Positions 29,082-38,600 of a stretch of DNA of 64,000 nucleotides are shown here, in pieces. The number at the start of each line of letters is the position of its first letter. Positions within the stretch are counted from its first letter, which is position 1. Position numbers and translations under genes: made by a program. This DNA comes from Candidatus Micrarchaeota archaeon. Its GTDB lineage: Archaea; Micrarchaeota; Micrarchaeia; Anstonellales; Anstonellaceae. The notes below the pieces were generated by a model. It was not told the DNA's origin. It worked only from the letters and a program-made list of their open reading frames with translations, and searched no databases. Location: assembly GCA_964392435.1 (NCBI GenBank), contig CAYMOY010000002.1, positions 116,479-180,478 of the forward strand, given 5' to 3'.

Positions 29082-31064
29082 ATGACATTTTTCAAGAGAA
29101 GGAAAAGGGACGAGTCCTCTTTGCAGCAGGCTGGGGAGCTGGGAGGGGGGAAGATTGCAAAAAGGCAGGAAGGCAGATTCCTCAACGCAGAGCATATGCT
29201 CAAGGCATTCTCAAAAGAGAAGGGATTTCCAACCCCTCTTGAACTTTTGATGTCCCCTGCTGACAAGCGAGATGCCGCACTTTTGGAATTTTGCAATAAG
29301 GCGCTGAAGGAGGGCAAAACCGAGTCTGAGATATCAGACGCGCTGGTGAAATGGGGCTATGCCAAGAAGCTGATGCTGCACCAGCCCACCAACAAAGACC
29401 AGGCTGCCGGAGCCTATCTGTTTGCCTCAACATCCAAGGTCGACTGGCTGGACATGCTTTTCGGGGGGCTGCGCATTGTCGAGGACGGGAAGCTTTTGAA
29501 TGGCGTTTTTGGCAGGGCAACCACCAACCATCTGGATGGAACGGACGTTAAGGCTGCCGCGCTTTACCTATCATCCCATGACCTTGAGAAGGATTTGCCC
29601 CAGGCGCCTATGCTGATGTTCGGGGGGCGCTCTGACAAGGTGCGCGGGAACGGGTTTGAGAATGAGAAAAGCGGGATTACCGCTGACCGGGACAACTTCG
29701 AATCCAGCCTCGGGAACAGGATTGTAGGCAAGCACTTCTTCAAGATATCCGATGCCAAGCACGACACCACGCTGAAATTCAGAATCTGCTGCGTTGTTTG
29801 GGATGAGGAGCTAGCACGGCTCATGGTGGTATCGGACAAGAGCAGCGAGCCGACCCCGTTTGGCGAATGGGTGAGGGGGAAGAACCACAACGACATACTT
29901 TCAGCCTCGGATGAGCAGATTTCCCATATTGAGGCGTATGTGAAAAGGACGGGCCTTATTGAGAAGATGACGAAGACCGGGCAGGGCAGCAAGCCATGGT
30001 CAGACCTGCTTGAGGACGTGAAGAGGGGCAGCGGAATATACGAGAGGATTGAAAGCGAGGGCGACTATTACCGGCAAGCGGTTAAGATATGGCGCTATGC
30101 GATGCTGGAGATAACCGCAACTAGCGTTGCAGCATACGAGAGGCGCTGGGCAACCATAAAGCGCGTGCAGGAGATAATGAACACCAACCTCAAGCTGGTC
30201 TGCGATGACGGGAGGCAGGAAGGCAATGCAAAGGTGCTAGGCGCGATATTGACCGAGGACGAGTTCGGGCAGCTTTTCAGCGATTACAACAGGCAGATGA
30301 AGGTCTTGCGGTTCATCCCGCACTATGCCTGCGGATTTTTGACAGCCGCGCAGGAAATACACAAGATGATAGAACTGCTCAGGCTTTCCATATCCATAGA
30401 CGGAATGGAAGGTTTTGAGAAGGAAAGGAAGCTCGAGTTCTTCGAAAGCAGGTTCAGGCTGATGATTGAGGATAGGAAGCACGGGCCTGTTGCGGAGTGG
30501 GAGGTGCTTAGGGATTACCTGCCTGATCACCTGGCAGATGAGCTTTCGGACCTAATGCGCCAAAAGCCCGCGATAAACAATGAGGCCCGCAGTTTTGTAT
30601 CCGGCCTTTACACCCTTTTCTGCGACAGCGGGGCGGGCGGGGAGAAGCTTCGCAGCGTGGCGCAGCGCGCGGTGGATGTCGGGGTGTTTGCCATCAACGG
30701 GAACGGGTTTTTGCATATGCCATCAGCAAGCATAACGCACGAGCGGCTGCGGCAGGCTTATGGGAGCGGCTACCGCTCCGAATTCAGCCCGGACCAGATA
30801 AACGCGTTGATTACCGAGGAGGTCGCGCGGGATGCGCACAGGAAATACCTCTCATGGGTCCCAAGGCAGAGGTTCAAGATTGAGTTCGGAATGGAAAACT
30901 TCATTACCGGGCAGATAACCGAGGTCCCACCTGATGCGCAGAACCTGAAGAACATGGTGAGGAATGACTATTATCTTGCAAACAAGTTCACCCCGGAGGA
31001 AATCAATGATGCCGGGTTGGAGAAATTTGCGCAGTGGAAGATACCGAAAGCCAACAAGAATTGA
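29082..31064 (+). CDS. hypothetical protein (660 aa), no recognisable motif
   Basis: Long ORF with own AT-rich upstream region (28990-29080); average composition. Confidence 0.45.
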   Translation: MTFFKRRKRDESSLQQAGELGGGKIAKRQEGRFLNAEHMLKAFSKEKGFPTPLELLMSPADKRDAALLEFCNKALKEGKTESEISDALVKWGYAKKLMLHQPTNKDQAAGAYLFASTSKVDWLDMLFGGLRIVEDGKLLNGVFGRATTNHLDGTDVKAAALYLSSHDLEKDLPQAPMLMFGGRSDKVRGNGFENEKSGITADRDNFESSLGNRIVGKHFFKISDAKHDTTLKFRICCVVWDEELARLMVVSDKSSEPTPFGEWVRGKNHNDILSASDEQISHIEAYVKRTGLIEKMTKTGQGSKPWSDLLEDVKRGSGIYERIESEGDYYRQAVKIWRYAMLEITATSVAAYERRWATIKRVQEIMNTNLKLVCDDGRQEGNAKVLGAILTEDEFGQLFSDYNRQMKVLRFIPHYACGFLTAAQEIHKMIELLRLSISIDGMEGFEKERKLEFFESRFRLMIEDRKHGPVAEWEVLRDYLPDHLADELSDLMRQKPAINNEARSFVSGLYTLFCDSGAGGEKLRSVAQRAVDVGVFAINGNGFLHMPSASITHERLRQAYGSGYRSEFSPDQINALITEEVARDAHRKYLSWVPRQRFKIEFGMENFITGQITEVPPDAQNLKNMVRNDYYLANKFTPEEINDAGLEKFAQWKIPKANKN

Positions 31065-31080
31065 ATAGGCGGGTGGGAGA

Positions 31081-31638
31081 ATGGACGCAAAAGATTCGCT
31101 GGCAAAACTTATGGAGGGCAACGCCAGGTTCGTTTCCGGAAAAATCCTCCAAAGGGACCACGTTTCTCGCAGGAAGGAGCTTTTGGCTGGGCAGCACCCA
31201 TACGCCACCATACTTACATGCTCGGACAGCCGGGTTTGCCCAGAGCACATATTTGACGCGGGGCTCGGGGAAATTTTCGTGGCCAGGACCGCGGGCAATA
31301 TAGCAGACGAAGTCGTTTTAGGCTCGCTTGAGTATGCCGCGGAGCATTTGAAAACACCCCTCCTTATTGTGCTTGGGCACACCTCGTGCGGGGCAGTTGG
31401 GGCCTCTTGCGAATCGGAGAATGCCCCCGGGAACATAGGAGTCATTGTCAGAAGGCTGCAAAAAGCGGTGAAATTGGGCGGCAAAGACCCGGCAAAAACA
31501 GTAGGCAAAAACATCGGCTGCGTGCTTGAGGACTTGAGAGAAAGAAGCGGCATCCTATCTCATCTGGAAAAGGAAGGAAAGCTAAAGATAGCCGGAGCAA
31601 TATATTCCCTTGAATCTGGAGAAGTGAAGCTGCTTTGA
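31081..31638 (+). CDS. beta-class carbonic anhydrase
   Basis: TCSDSRVCPEHIFDAGLGEIFVARTAGN and VLGHTSCGAV (beta-CA zinc ligand motifs). Confidence 0.8.
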   Translation: MDAKDSLAKLMEGNARFVSGKILQRDHVSRRKELLAGQHPYATILTCSDSRVCPEHIFDAGLGEIFVARTAGNIADEVVLGSLEYAAEHLKTPLLIVLGHTSCGAVGASCESENAPGNIGVIVRRLQKAVKLGGKDPAKTVGKNIGCVLEDLRERSGILSHLEKEGKLKIAGAIYSLESGEVKLL

Positions 31639-31696
31639 CAGAGGCGGCATTTTAAAGAGTCCCTAATTTAGATAATGCGCTTTTAGGGTTTTTGCA

Positions 31697-32902
31697 ATGG
31701 ACGAGAGCACCAAGCTCAAATACGAACTGAAAAAACAGCTTGCCCGCCTTCGGGAGCTCAAAGGCAGTGGAACCGAGCTGATTTCGGTCTATATACCCTC
31801 CAGACAGCCAGTGCACGAGATGTCCAACAAGCTGCGCGAAGAGGCAGGGCAGGCGACCAACATCAAAAGCAAGAGCACGCGAAAGAACGTGGGGGACGCA
31901 CTGGAAAGGATAATACACCACCTCAAGGCATACGGCAACCAGGCGCCCCAGTCCGGGGTAGCCATATTCTGCGGCAATGTTTCAGACAATCCGGCAAAGA
32001 CTGACATTGAGATTTTCACGGTTTTCCCACCGGAACCGATAGCTGTTTCGCTTTACAGGTGCGATTCGCGCTTTTTCCTTGAGCCCCTGGAAAGGATACT
32101 GGCAACCACGGACAGCTATGGGATTGTGGTGATGGACGGGCGCGAATGCACCCTTGCGGAATTGCGGGGCACCACGACCAGGATTCTTTCGCGCATACGC
32201 TCAATGGCGCACGCAAAAATGAGGAAGGGAGGGCAATCGGCCAGGCGCATCGAGAGGATAATCGAAGAGTCCATTGAATACTATTACAAGCACGTGGGAG
32301 AGCACATGGACAGGTATTTTGTCAACACGGTCAAGGGTGTCATAATAGGAGGGCCCGGGCCTGCCAAGGAGGACTTCGCAAAGATGTCGCCTTTCAACTA
32401 CCAGATAAAGGTGCTGGGTGTGGTGGACACCGGCTACACTGACGAGTACGGGATTCGCGAGGTGGTGGCAAAAAGCGGAGACATACTCTCCGAGCAGGCG
32501 GCCGTCAAGGAGCGGATAATCGTTGAGAGGTTCATAAAGGAAGTGGTGTCCAGCGGCCTTGCCACATATGGGGAAGCCGAAGTTAGAAAGGCGATTGAAA
32601 CCAAGCAGGCTTCGCAGCTTCTGGTTTCAGAAGGCATGCAGTTCAAGCGCGCCAAGCTTGTTGACACCACCACTGGGGAAACGCAATATGTCACCAGCCG
32701 CAGCCCCTTTGATTTGGAGGAGAAGATAAAGGCGATTGGCGGCACGGTCAAGGTGGAGTCCGAGCAGCCGCTAATAGACGATTTGATAGAGCTTGCGGAA
32801 AAGATGAATGTGGAGGTCGTGGTTATTTCACCTGACACAGCAGAGGGCGCGCAGTTTTTGGGCTCTTTTTACGGCATCGGGGCATTCCTCAGATACAAAT
32901 AG
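31697..32902 (+). CDS. prf1: peptide chain release factor aRF1
   Basis: NIKSKSTRKNV (NIKS), GGQSARR (GGQ), length 401 aa. Confidence 0.9.
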   Translation: MDESTKLKYELKKQLARLRELKGSGTELISVYIPSRQPVHEMSNKLREEAGQATNIKSKSTRKNVGDALERIIHHLKAYGNQAPQSGVAIFCGNVSDNPAKTDIEIFTVFPPEPIAVSLYRCDSRFFLEPLERILATTDSYGIVVMDGRECTLAELRGTTTRILSRIRSMAHAKMRKGGQSARRIERIIEESIEYYYKHVGEHMDRYFVNTVKGVIIGGPGPAKEDFAKMSPFNYQIKVLGVVDTGYTDEYGIREVVAKSGDILSEQAAVKERIIVERFIKEVVSSGLATYGEAEVRKAIETKQASQLLVSEGMQFKRAKLVDTTTGETQYVTSRSPFDLEEKIKAIGGTVKVESEQPLIDDLIELAEKMNVEVVVISPDTAEGAQFLGSFYGIGAFLRYK

Positions 32903-32929
32903 AGATTCGCCGCCCTTCACTTCCAGGGC

Positions 32930-33886
32930 CTATTTTTTCCCAAGCCGGTAAGGCTCGCTGATGCCTGTGAATATGATTATTGCCTCCATCCTTTTCTCAA
33001 AGCCCTCTTCCATCCTTGCGCCCCAGATTACATTGGCTTGCGGGTCCACGTTTTGGGTGAGAAGCTCGCCAGCCCTGTTCGCATCGCCCAAGGTCAAATC
33101 AGAGCCCCCGGTCATATGCAACAGCACCCCTCTGGCGCCAGAGGTGTCGATGTCCAGCAGCCTGTTTTTCAGAACAGTGTTTGGAAGTTCTTCCACCCTG
33201 TCATAACCCGAGGCGGCCCCGACGCAGATTGCCGAAATGCCGCCCTTTCCTGCGATTGCCCTTAAGTCCATGTAATCCAGGTTGATGAGTGAGGGCTCCA
33301 GCAGGGTTTTTGAAATCCCCAACACCGCCTTCGCTATTATTTCGTCAAGCAATTCAAACGACTTTTCGATAGGCAGCTTGCCCGCATAGTCAACGAGGCG
33401 GTTGTTGTCGATAAGCACCAGCGTGTCTGCAATCCCTTTTAGCTTGGCTATCCCCTCGCGCGCTTTGCCCATCCTGCCCCGCTCAAGCGCGAAGGGATAG
33501 GTGCAAAACGCTATTGTGACCGCGCCTTTTTCCCGTGCAATCTGGGCAACCACTGGCGAGGCGCCAGTGCCAGTGCCGCCCCCCATGCCGCAGGTGATGA
33601 AAACAATGTCCTTGCCATCCAGAAGCTCGGCAATGGAGCGCCTGGATGAGAGCGCCGCCTTTTCAGCCATTTGGGGGTAGCCCCCGGCACCAAGCCCGCG
33701 CGTTATGCTGGAGCCTATCAGGCACCTTTTTGCCCCCTGTGCAACCAGATTAAGGTGCTTCTTGTCCGTGTTTACCGCAACAAGCTCTGCGTTGGAAACA
33801 CCCATGCGTATAAGCCTGTTTATTGTGTTGCAGCCCGCGCCGCCCACCCCGAAGACAGCAATTGTAGGCCTGCCTTGCTCATCCAT
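32930..33886 (-). CDS. ftsZ: cell-division GTPase FtsZ
   Basis: [17 protein letters not shown], tubulin signature [16 protein letters not shown]. Confidence 0.85.
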   Translation of the reverse strand: MDEQGRPTIAVFGVGGAGCNTINRLIRMGVSNAELVAVNTDKKHLNLVAQGAKRCLIGSSITRGLGAGGYPQMAEKAALSSRRSIAELLDGKDIVFITCGMGGGTGTGASPVVAQIAREKGAVTIAFCTYPFALERGRMGKAREGIAKLKGIADTLVLIDNNRLVDYAGKLPIEKSFELLDEIIAKAVLGISKTLLEPSLINLDYMDLRAIAGKGGISAICVGAASGYDRVEELPNTVLKNRLLDIDTSGARGVLLHMTGGSDLTLGDANRAGELLTQNVDPQANVIWGARMEEGFEKRMEAIIIFTGISEPYRLGKK

Positions 33887-34347
33887 CCTCCCACCGAAAG
33901 GAAAACGAGTCGAAATATTTTAAACTGAAGCTTCTGGCAGCGCCTGCTTGCCCGCCGCCACTGGCTCTGCGCCCCCGCTCTGCTGTTTTTTATGGCCGCC
34001 GGAATTGCGTATGACGTCTGCCTCCCACATCATCACAACATAGTAGAACTGCCAGCACACCACCGAGCCTGTGAATGCGAATGCGCGGGTGTACATGCTC
34101 TGGCTGGTTATCATAAAGTAGCCGCAGGCGGCAACCAGCAGCATGAGGAACCATCGGACTGGCGTTGCTAACATGAGCTGCCACCCTTCAATTAAGCCTG
34201 CTTTTCCCTGTTGGCGTGCGCTGGTGCACTGGAAACTCGCCCTGTTCAGAAGCCCGGCAGGAAGGATATAAGCTGGCGCTGTGTGGACACACACAACCGC
34301 AGGGGCTTGACCGCAACTTTATATGGGTTTTTGCCCGTAATGCGACC

Positions 34348-35079
34348 ATGAATACTGATAGCCTAGTTGAGATTGGGCTTACCCGCCGCGAGGCAGGCGC
34401 CTACATGGCGCTCCTTGGGCTTGAGGAGGCGCGGGCAGGTGAAGTTGCCAGGAGGCTGCGAGAGGACCGGGCCAATGCCTACGACTCGCTTGCTAGCCTG
34501 GTGAAAAAGGGGCTGGTCAGCTTTGTTGTCAGGGACAAGGCAACTTACTACCGTGCCGCCCCGCCAGAAAGACTAAAGGATTTGATGTTCGAGAAGGACA
34601 AGGCGCTTTACCAGGCGCTTTCAGACCTCTCAAAAATCTACAGGAAGAGCGGCAGGCGCACCGTGGTGCGCACCTTCGAGGGCAGGGAAGGCATCAAGGC
34701 GGTGCTCTCAGACATACTGCGGGAGGGCAAGGAAATAGTCGGATTTGGCGCCACTGACCGGATGGTGCATCTCTTCCCGGAGTTCACCGCGCGGTACCTG
34801 CGCGAGCGCGAGAGGCGAGGCATAGCCTCGAGGCAGTTTTTCGCGAAAGGAGACCCAATACTGCCCTGCCGCCTGACACAATACAAGACGATACCTAGAG
34901 AGTTTTCCGGGCCGGCGTCCACAGTCATATACTCAGACAAGGTGGCTATATTCCTCTGGTTTACCGAGCCGCCTGTCGCGGTCCTCATCGAAAGCGCCGA
35001 AGCCGCCAGAGCTTATCGGAACAGATTCGAGTTCATGTGGAAAATCGTCCAGTCCAAGCCAAGGCGCGGCGGGAAGTGA
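34348..35079 (+). CDS. TrmB-family transcriptional regulator
   Basis: N-terminal wHTH LTRREAGAYMALLGLEEARAGEVARRL...LASLVKKGLVSFVVRDKATYYRAAPPERL plus C-terminal effector-like domain; start at MNTDSLV. Confidence 0.6.
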   Translation: MNTDSLVEIGLTRREAGAYMALLGLEEARAGEVARRLREDRANAYDSLASLVKKGLVSFVVRDKATYYRAAPPERLKDLMFEKDKALYQALSDLSKIYRKSGRRTVVRTFEGREGIKAVLSDILREGKEIVGFGATDRMVHLFPEFTARYLRERERRGIASRQFFAKGDPILPCRLTQYKTIPREFSGPASTVIYSDKVAIFLWFTEPPVAVLIESAEAARAYRNRFEFMWKIVQSKPRRGGK

Positions 35080-35549
35080 ACCATTTTAAATGGGGAGAAC
35101 AGGAAACTAATCGGCAGGATAGGCAGGGAGAGTAGGGGCCTCCCATTTTCCAGCTTGCTGGAGAGACGGCGGACGCAAGTTTGCCGGACCGCAAATCCCC
35201 TTTGGCGGTGCCGAATGTCCGGTGAAGTTTTGGAAGGGGCGGCAAAGCCCGCGCCTTAAGCGTCGATGCTTTGCCTTTCCGGACGGTCCATGGTGCCAAT
35301 CGGGTCAGGCCGGAAGGAGCAGCCCTACGCATTTTGTACCGTGCTGGAAAGTACCAAAGCGGAGCAGCGGCGCGACCAGCCTTGCTGTTTTTTCCAAGGC
35401 CCGCCGGAAATCCTGCCACAATGCAACCAGAGGCTGCCTTGTTTTCGTGCGGCGCGCTTGCTATGCCATAGGAATTGCAGTCCCTAAAAAAAGAAAGATG
35501 GCGGGCATTGCCTTGCACTGGACTCTGCCCGCGTTTTAAAATGAAAAAA

Positions 35550-36215
35550 TCACACCGGAATCATGGTGCCAATCGAGTTGAGGGCGAAATACGCGCCCAC
35601 GAAAAACCCAATCAGCACAGCCAGGATTATCGGCAGCAGCAATATCGCAATTGCGCGCAGGCTGGAAACCTGATGTATTCCCTTTATGGCCCGGTAGTAG
35701 CTGTAGATGCAATAGAGGACAACGAAGAGCCCAAGCAGGCTGAACAGCACCCCGATGACCGGCAAGCCGCCAAGCACGGTGAATGGAAATAGCATGATGG
35801 AATACCCGCCAGTAAGCAAGGCGAAGATGAAGGTCTGCCCCATCAATGCCCCCTTGCCGCCGAATATCTTGGCTGCGATAAAGTAGAGCACAGAGCCTAT
35901 CATGCCGCTTATGACCATGAATATTGGGATGACTATTATGCCGGCAGATAGCACCATGGCTGAGCCGAAATCCCCGGAAATGATTGTGGCGAGCATGGAG
36001 GCAAGCCAGGAAACCAGGCCTGCAAGCGCAAGGTGAATTGCTATGCCGCCCCAGCTTGCCTGCGCCTTTTTGGAAGAATATGTCTCCATCGGGTGGAAAA
36101 ACGCCGATGCCCAAGTGTGCACGCGCTCTGAGGGAATGGAGGAGATTGCGCCCATTATGGGCTGCTCAATGGAAGATGGAACCCCGGAGTTGCTTGCGGT
36201 CTTCTTTTCAGCCAA
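35550..36215 (-). CDS. Yip1-domain integral membrane protein
   Basis: ~5 TM helices with Yip1/DUF1282-like layout. Confidence 0.55.
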   Translation of the reverse strand: MAEKKTASNSGVPSSIEQPIMGAISSIPSERVHTWASAFFHPMETYSSKKAQASWGGIAIHLALAGLVSWLASMLATIISGDFGSAMVLSAGIIVIPIFMVISGMIGSVLYFIAAKIFGGKGALMGQTFIFALLTGGYSIMLFPFTVLGGLPVIGVLFSLLGLFVVLYCIYSYYRAIKGIHQVSSLRAIAILLLPIILAVLIGFFVGAYFALNSIGTMIPV

Positions 36216-36283
36216 TAAACCACCTCATGGCAAGATGTCTGCTCCAAGTTATTTAAATGCGCGCCCAAGCCCAGAAAAGAAGC

Positions 36284-36433
36284 CTATTTTTTCCCCTTTT
36301 GCCCGTAGCCTTTCTCAGCATAGCATTTGGAGCAGAAGCTGTGCATATAGCCGGCATTGTCCAGGTACTGCTTCTGGTTCTGGCGGGTAAGCTCGGTTTT
36401 GCAAACTTCGCAGGAAAGGTAATTGTTGTACAT
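36284..36433 (-). CDS. small zinc-ribbon protein (49 aa)
   Basis: MYNNYLSCEVCKTE...SFCSKCYAEKGYG: two CxxC pairs. Upstream part of the track ORF 36284..36595 overlaps tRNA-Ser and is rejected. Confidence 0.3.
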   Translation of the reverse strand: MYNNYLSCEVCKTELTRQNQKQYLDNAGYMHSFCSKCYAEKGYGQKGKK

Positions 36434-36582
36434 CGGAACACCCCGCCTAATTTCAGGTCGCATCAGCCATTTCTCGGCAAAGGAATAAAAGCGTAAGTCA
36501 GCCCCAATAGAGCCGCTGACGCGAAATATGGCGAGTGGACAGATTCGCTGTCTGGCCTGTAGGCGCGGCGTCGGCAAAAGGA

Positions 36583-36668
36583 GCTGGGGTCGCATAACCC
36601 GGTATTGCGGCAGGTTGCTAACCTGTTGGGGGGAAACCTCCGTGCGAGTTCAAATCTCGCCCCCGGCA
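36583..36668 (+). tRNA. tRNA-Ser (anticodon GCU), type II with long variable arm; CCA not encoded
   Basis: Hand-folded. Acceptor GCTGGGG/CCCCGGC (one G-U); 3-bp D stem GCA/TGC; anticodon stem GCAGG/CCTGT, loop TTGCTAA; variable stem GGGGG-AAA-CCTCC; T arm GCGAG-TTCAAAT-CTCGC. Confidence 0.85.
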
Positions 36669-36785
36669 TATTCAACAGGATATGCGAGGCATTGGGGCAG
36701 CAGCTCCAATCGTCCCCGGCATATTCAGCAGGATATGCGGGGCAGCGGAACCGCAGTTCTGCTTGTCCCGGCATAGGCTGAATGG
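36661..36785 (+). repeat. three degenerate direct repeats of the tRNA-Ser 3' end plus ~25 bp
   Basis: Two full ~31-bp copies ccccggcatattca(a/g)caggatatgcg(a/g)ggca at ~52-bp spacing, and a third partial copy cccggcataggctgaat. First copy begins inside the tRNA acceptor 3' strand. Confidence 0.6.
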
Positions 36786-36823
36786 TTTTATTGGTTTAGG
36801 TCAAAATGATAGAAGGTGAGAAT

Positions 36824-37156
36824 ATGCGGAACGGTTTTTTGCTATTCATATTTGTGCTGGCCCTCTCCGCAACCTCATGCGCCACTATGCTTGGCAGCGT
36901 GCAGGATGCGGTCTCCCAGCTTTGCCTCAACCTCAAAAGCCTAATTCCAGTGGTTGCGATGATGATGCTGGTGTTGGGCGGGGTAATCTATGCAGCCGGG
37001 CAGATGATGGGGGCTGAGACGCGCGCAAGGGCGAATGTGTGGGCGACTGCCTGCCTGACAGGCGCGCTGATTGCGATACTGATTGTCGTCGTGGCGCAGC
37101 CGGTGCTGCAGACAATATACGGCGACCTTGGCACCATTTCATGCGATGTGGCTTAG
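36824..37156 (+). CDS. pilin-like small secreted two-helix membrane protein, paralog 1 (VirB2/TrbC-like topology)
   Basis: Signal peptide MRNGFLLFIFVLALSATSCA; conserved core KSLIPVVAMMMLVLGGVIYAAGQMMGAETRARANVWATACLTGALIAILIVVVAQPVL; SD aggtga. Confidence 0.6.
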   Translation: MRNGFLLFIFVLALSATSCATMLGSVQDAVSQLCLNLKSLIPVVAMMMLVLGGVIYAAGQMMGAETRARANVWATACLTGALIAILIVVVAQPVLQTIYGDLGTISCDVA

Positions 37157-37202
37157 ATTTGTTTAAATTTCTTTTCTGAGAATAAGAGAAAGGAGGGATT
37201 TG

Positions 37203-37544
37203 ATGGGGAAATTGGCAGTATTGCTTGCGTTTGCGGTTGTTGGCGGCATGTTGTTTGCCACAGTGAACCCGCTTTCCAATGTTAATGAGGCTGTAAACAC
37301 ACTTTGCAAAGGCTTGAAGAGCCTGCTTCCGATTGCCGCAATGATGGCAATAGTGCTTGCCGGCGTGATTTATGCTGCGGGGCAGATGATGGGCGCTGAG
37401 ACACGCGCAAGGGCGAACGTCTGGGCGACTGCCGCACTGACAGGCGCGCTGATTGCGATACTGATGGCTGTGGTTGCGCCTGCCGTTCTGGGAATGATAT
37501 ATGGCAGCAGCTGGAGCACCGGAGTAAGCAGTTGCATTGCTTGA
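37203..37544 (+). CDS. pilin-like small secreted two-helix membrane protein, paralog 2
   Basis: MGKLAVLLAFAVVGGMLFA signal; same core; SD aggaggg. Confidence 0.6.
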   Translation: MGKLAVLLAFAVVGGMLFATVNPLSNVNEAVNTLCKGLKSLLPIAAMMAIVLAGVIYAAGQMMGAETRARANVWATAALTGALIAILMAVVAPAVLGMIYGSSWSTGVSSCIA

Positions 37545-37635
37545 TTTTTTTCCTCATTTTTCTTTTTTCCAAATACCCCTTAGTTTAAAATGTTTATTCT
37601 CGAATAGGCATCAACAGTACTTTAGGAGGGATTTG

Positions 37636-37959
37636 ATGGGGAAAATAACGGTATTGCTTGCGTTTGCGGTTGTTGGCGGCATGTTGTTTGCCACAACGCC
37701 TCTGGACAATGTCAATTCTGCGGTGAGCAGCCTTTGCAGTGGCTTGAAGAGCCTGCTTCCGGTTGCTGCCATGATGGCAATAGTGCTTGCAGGTGTCATC
37801 TATGCGGCAGGGCAGATGATGGGGGCTGAGACGCGCGCAAGGGCGAATGTGTGGGCTACTGCCGCGCTGACTGGTGCGCTGATTGCGATACTGATGGCTG
37901 TGGTTGCGCCTGCCGTTCTAAACACAATATACGGAACGCAAGGAACTATCCAATGCTGA
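37636..37959 (+). CDS. pilin-like small secreted two-helix membrane protein, paralog 3
   Basis: MGKITVLLAFAVVGGMLFA; near-identical core and upstream region to paralog 2; SD aggaggg. Confidence 0.6.
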   Translation: MGKITVLLAFAVVGGMLFATTPLDNVNSAVSSLCSGLKSLLPVAAMMAIVLAGVIYAAGQMMGAETRARANVWATAALTGALIAILMAVVAPAVLNTIYGTQGTIQC

Positions 37960-38038
37960 GTTTTTTTCTCATTTTTCTTTTTTCCAAATACCCCTTAGTT
38001 TAAAATGTTTGCCGGAAAATTTCCATAAGGTGATTGCG

Positions 38039-38509
38039 ATGGGATTTGCACGGTCCATTTCGGTTTTCTTGCTCGTTTTGCCCTTGGCTTTTGCATCAGG
38101 CACGCCGCTTGCTTCGGTGAATCAGGCGGTTTCCTCTCTTTGCAGCGGGCTAAACTCCCTTCTCCCGGTTGCCGCCATGATGGCAATAGTGCTTGGTGGG
38201 GTCATCTATGCTGCCGGGCAGATGATGGGGGCTGAGACGCGCGCACGCGCCAATGTATGGGCAACCGCCTGCCTGACAGGGGCAATAATCGCAATAATGA
38301 TTGCAGTTGTCGGGCCGGCTGTTCTCAAGATGATGTATGGGCAGGAGCTAGCGTGCGGGGGCAGCAGCCAACCGCCCACAGGCTGCCAGGCAGGATATTC
38401 GGCCTGCGGAACAGGGGGGCTTTGCTGCGGCGGGTCAACCCCGAAATGCTGCAACCCATCTAGCGCCCCAAGCTGTGCGAGTAATAACGCACTGTGCACC
38501 ATATCTTGA
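38039..38509 (+). CDS. pilin-like paralog 4 with Cys/Gly/Ser-rich C-terminal extension
   Basis: MGFARSISVFLLVLPLAFASG signal; same core; tail GGSSQPPTGCQAGYSACGTGGLCCGGSTPKCCNPSSAPSCASNNALC. Confidence 0.55.
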   Translation: MGFARSISVFLLVLPLAFASGTPLASVNQAVSSLCSGLNSLLPVAAMMAIVLGGVIYAAGQMMGAETRARANVWATACLTGAIIAIMIAVVGPAVLKMMYGQELACGGSSQPPTGCQAGYSACGTGGLCCGGSTPKCCNPSSAPSCASNNALCTIS

Positions 38510-38600
38510 GCTTTGCCACCATTTGGCTGCCAGCAGGCATTCCCCCTGCTTTAAAAGGATTGCAGCAGATTCCTAATTGGAAAAAATCCGGGGGATTTTA

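Noticed and set aside
36434-36595. Upstream portion of minus ORF 36284..36595
   Set aside because: Overlaps the hand-folded tRNA-Ser on the opposite strand; only the terminal 49-aa zinc-ribbon segment from the first ATG is retained, at low confidence.
38509-38600. Inverted partial copy of the tRNA-Leu att core (cattccccctgc) between pilin paralog 4 and the PAC2 gene
   Set aside because: Only 9-10 nt, in inverted orientation, in a GC-rich background; likely chance.
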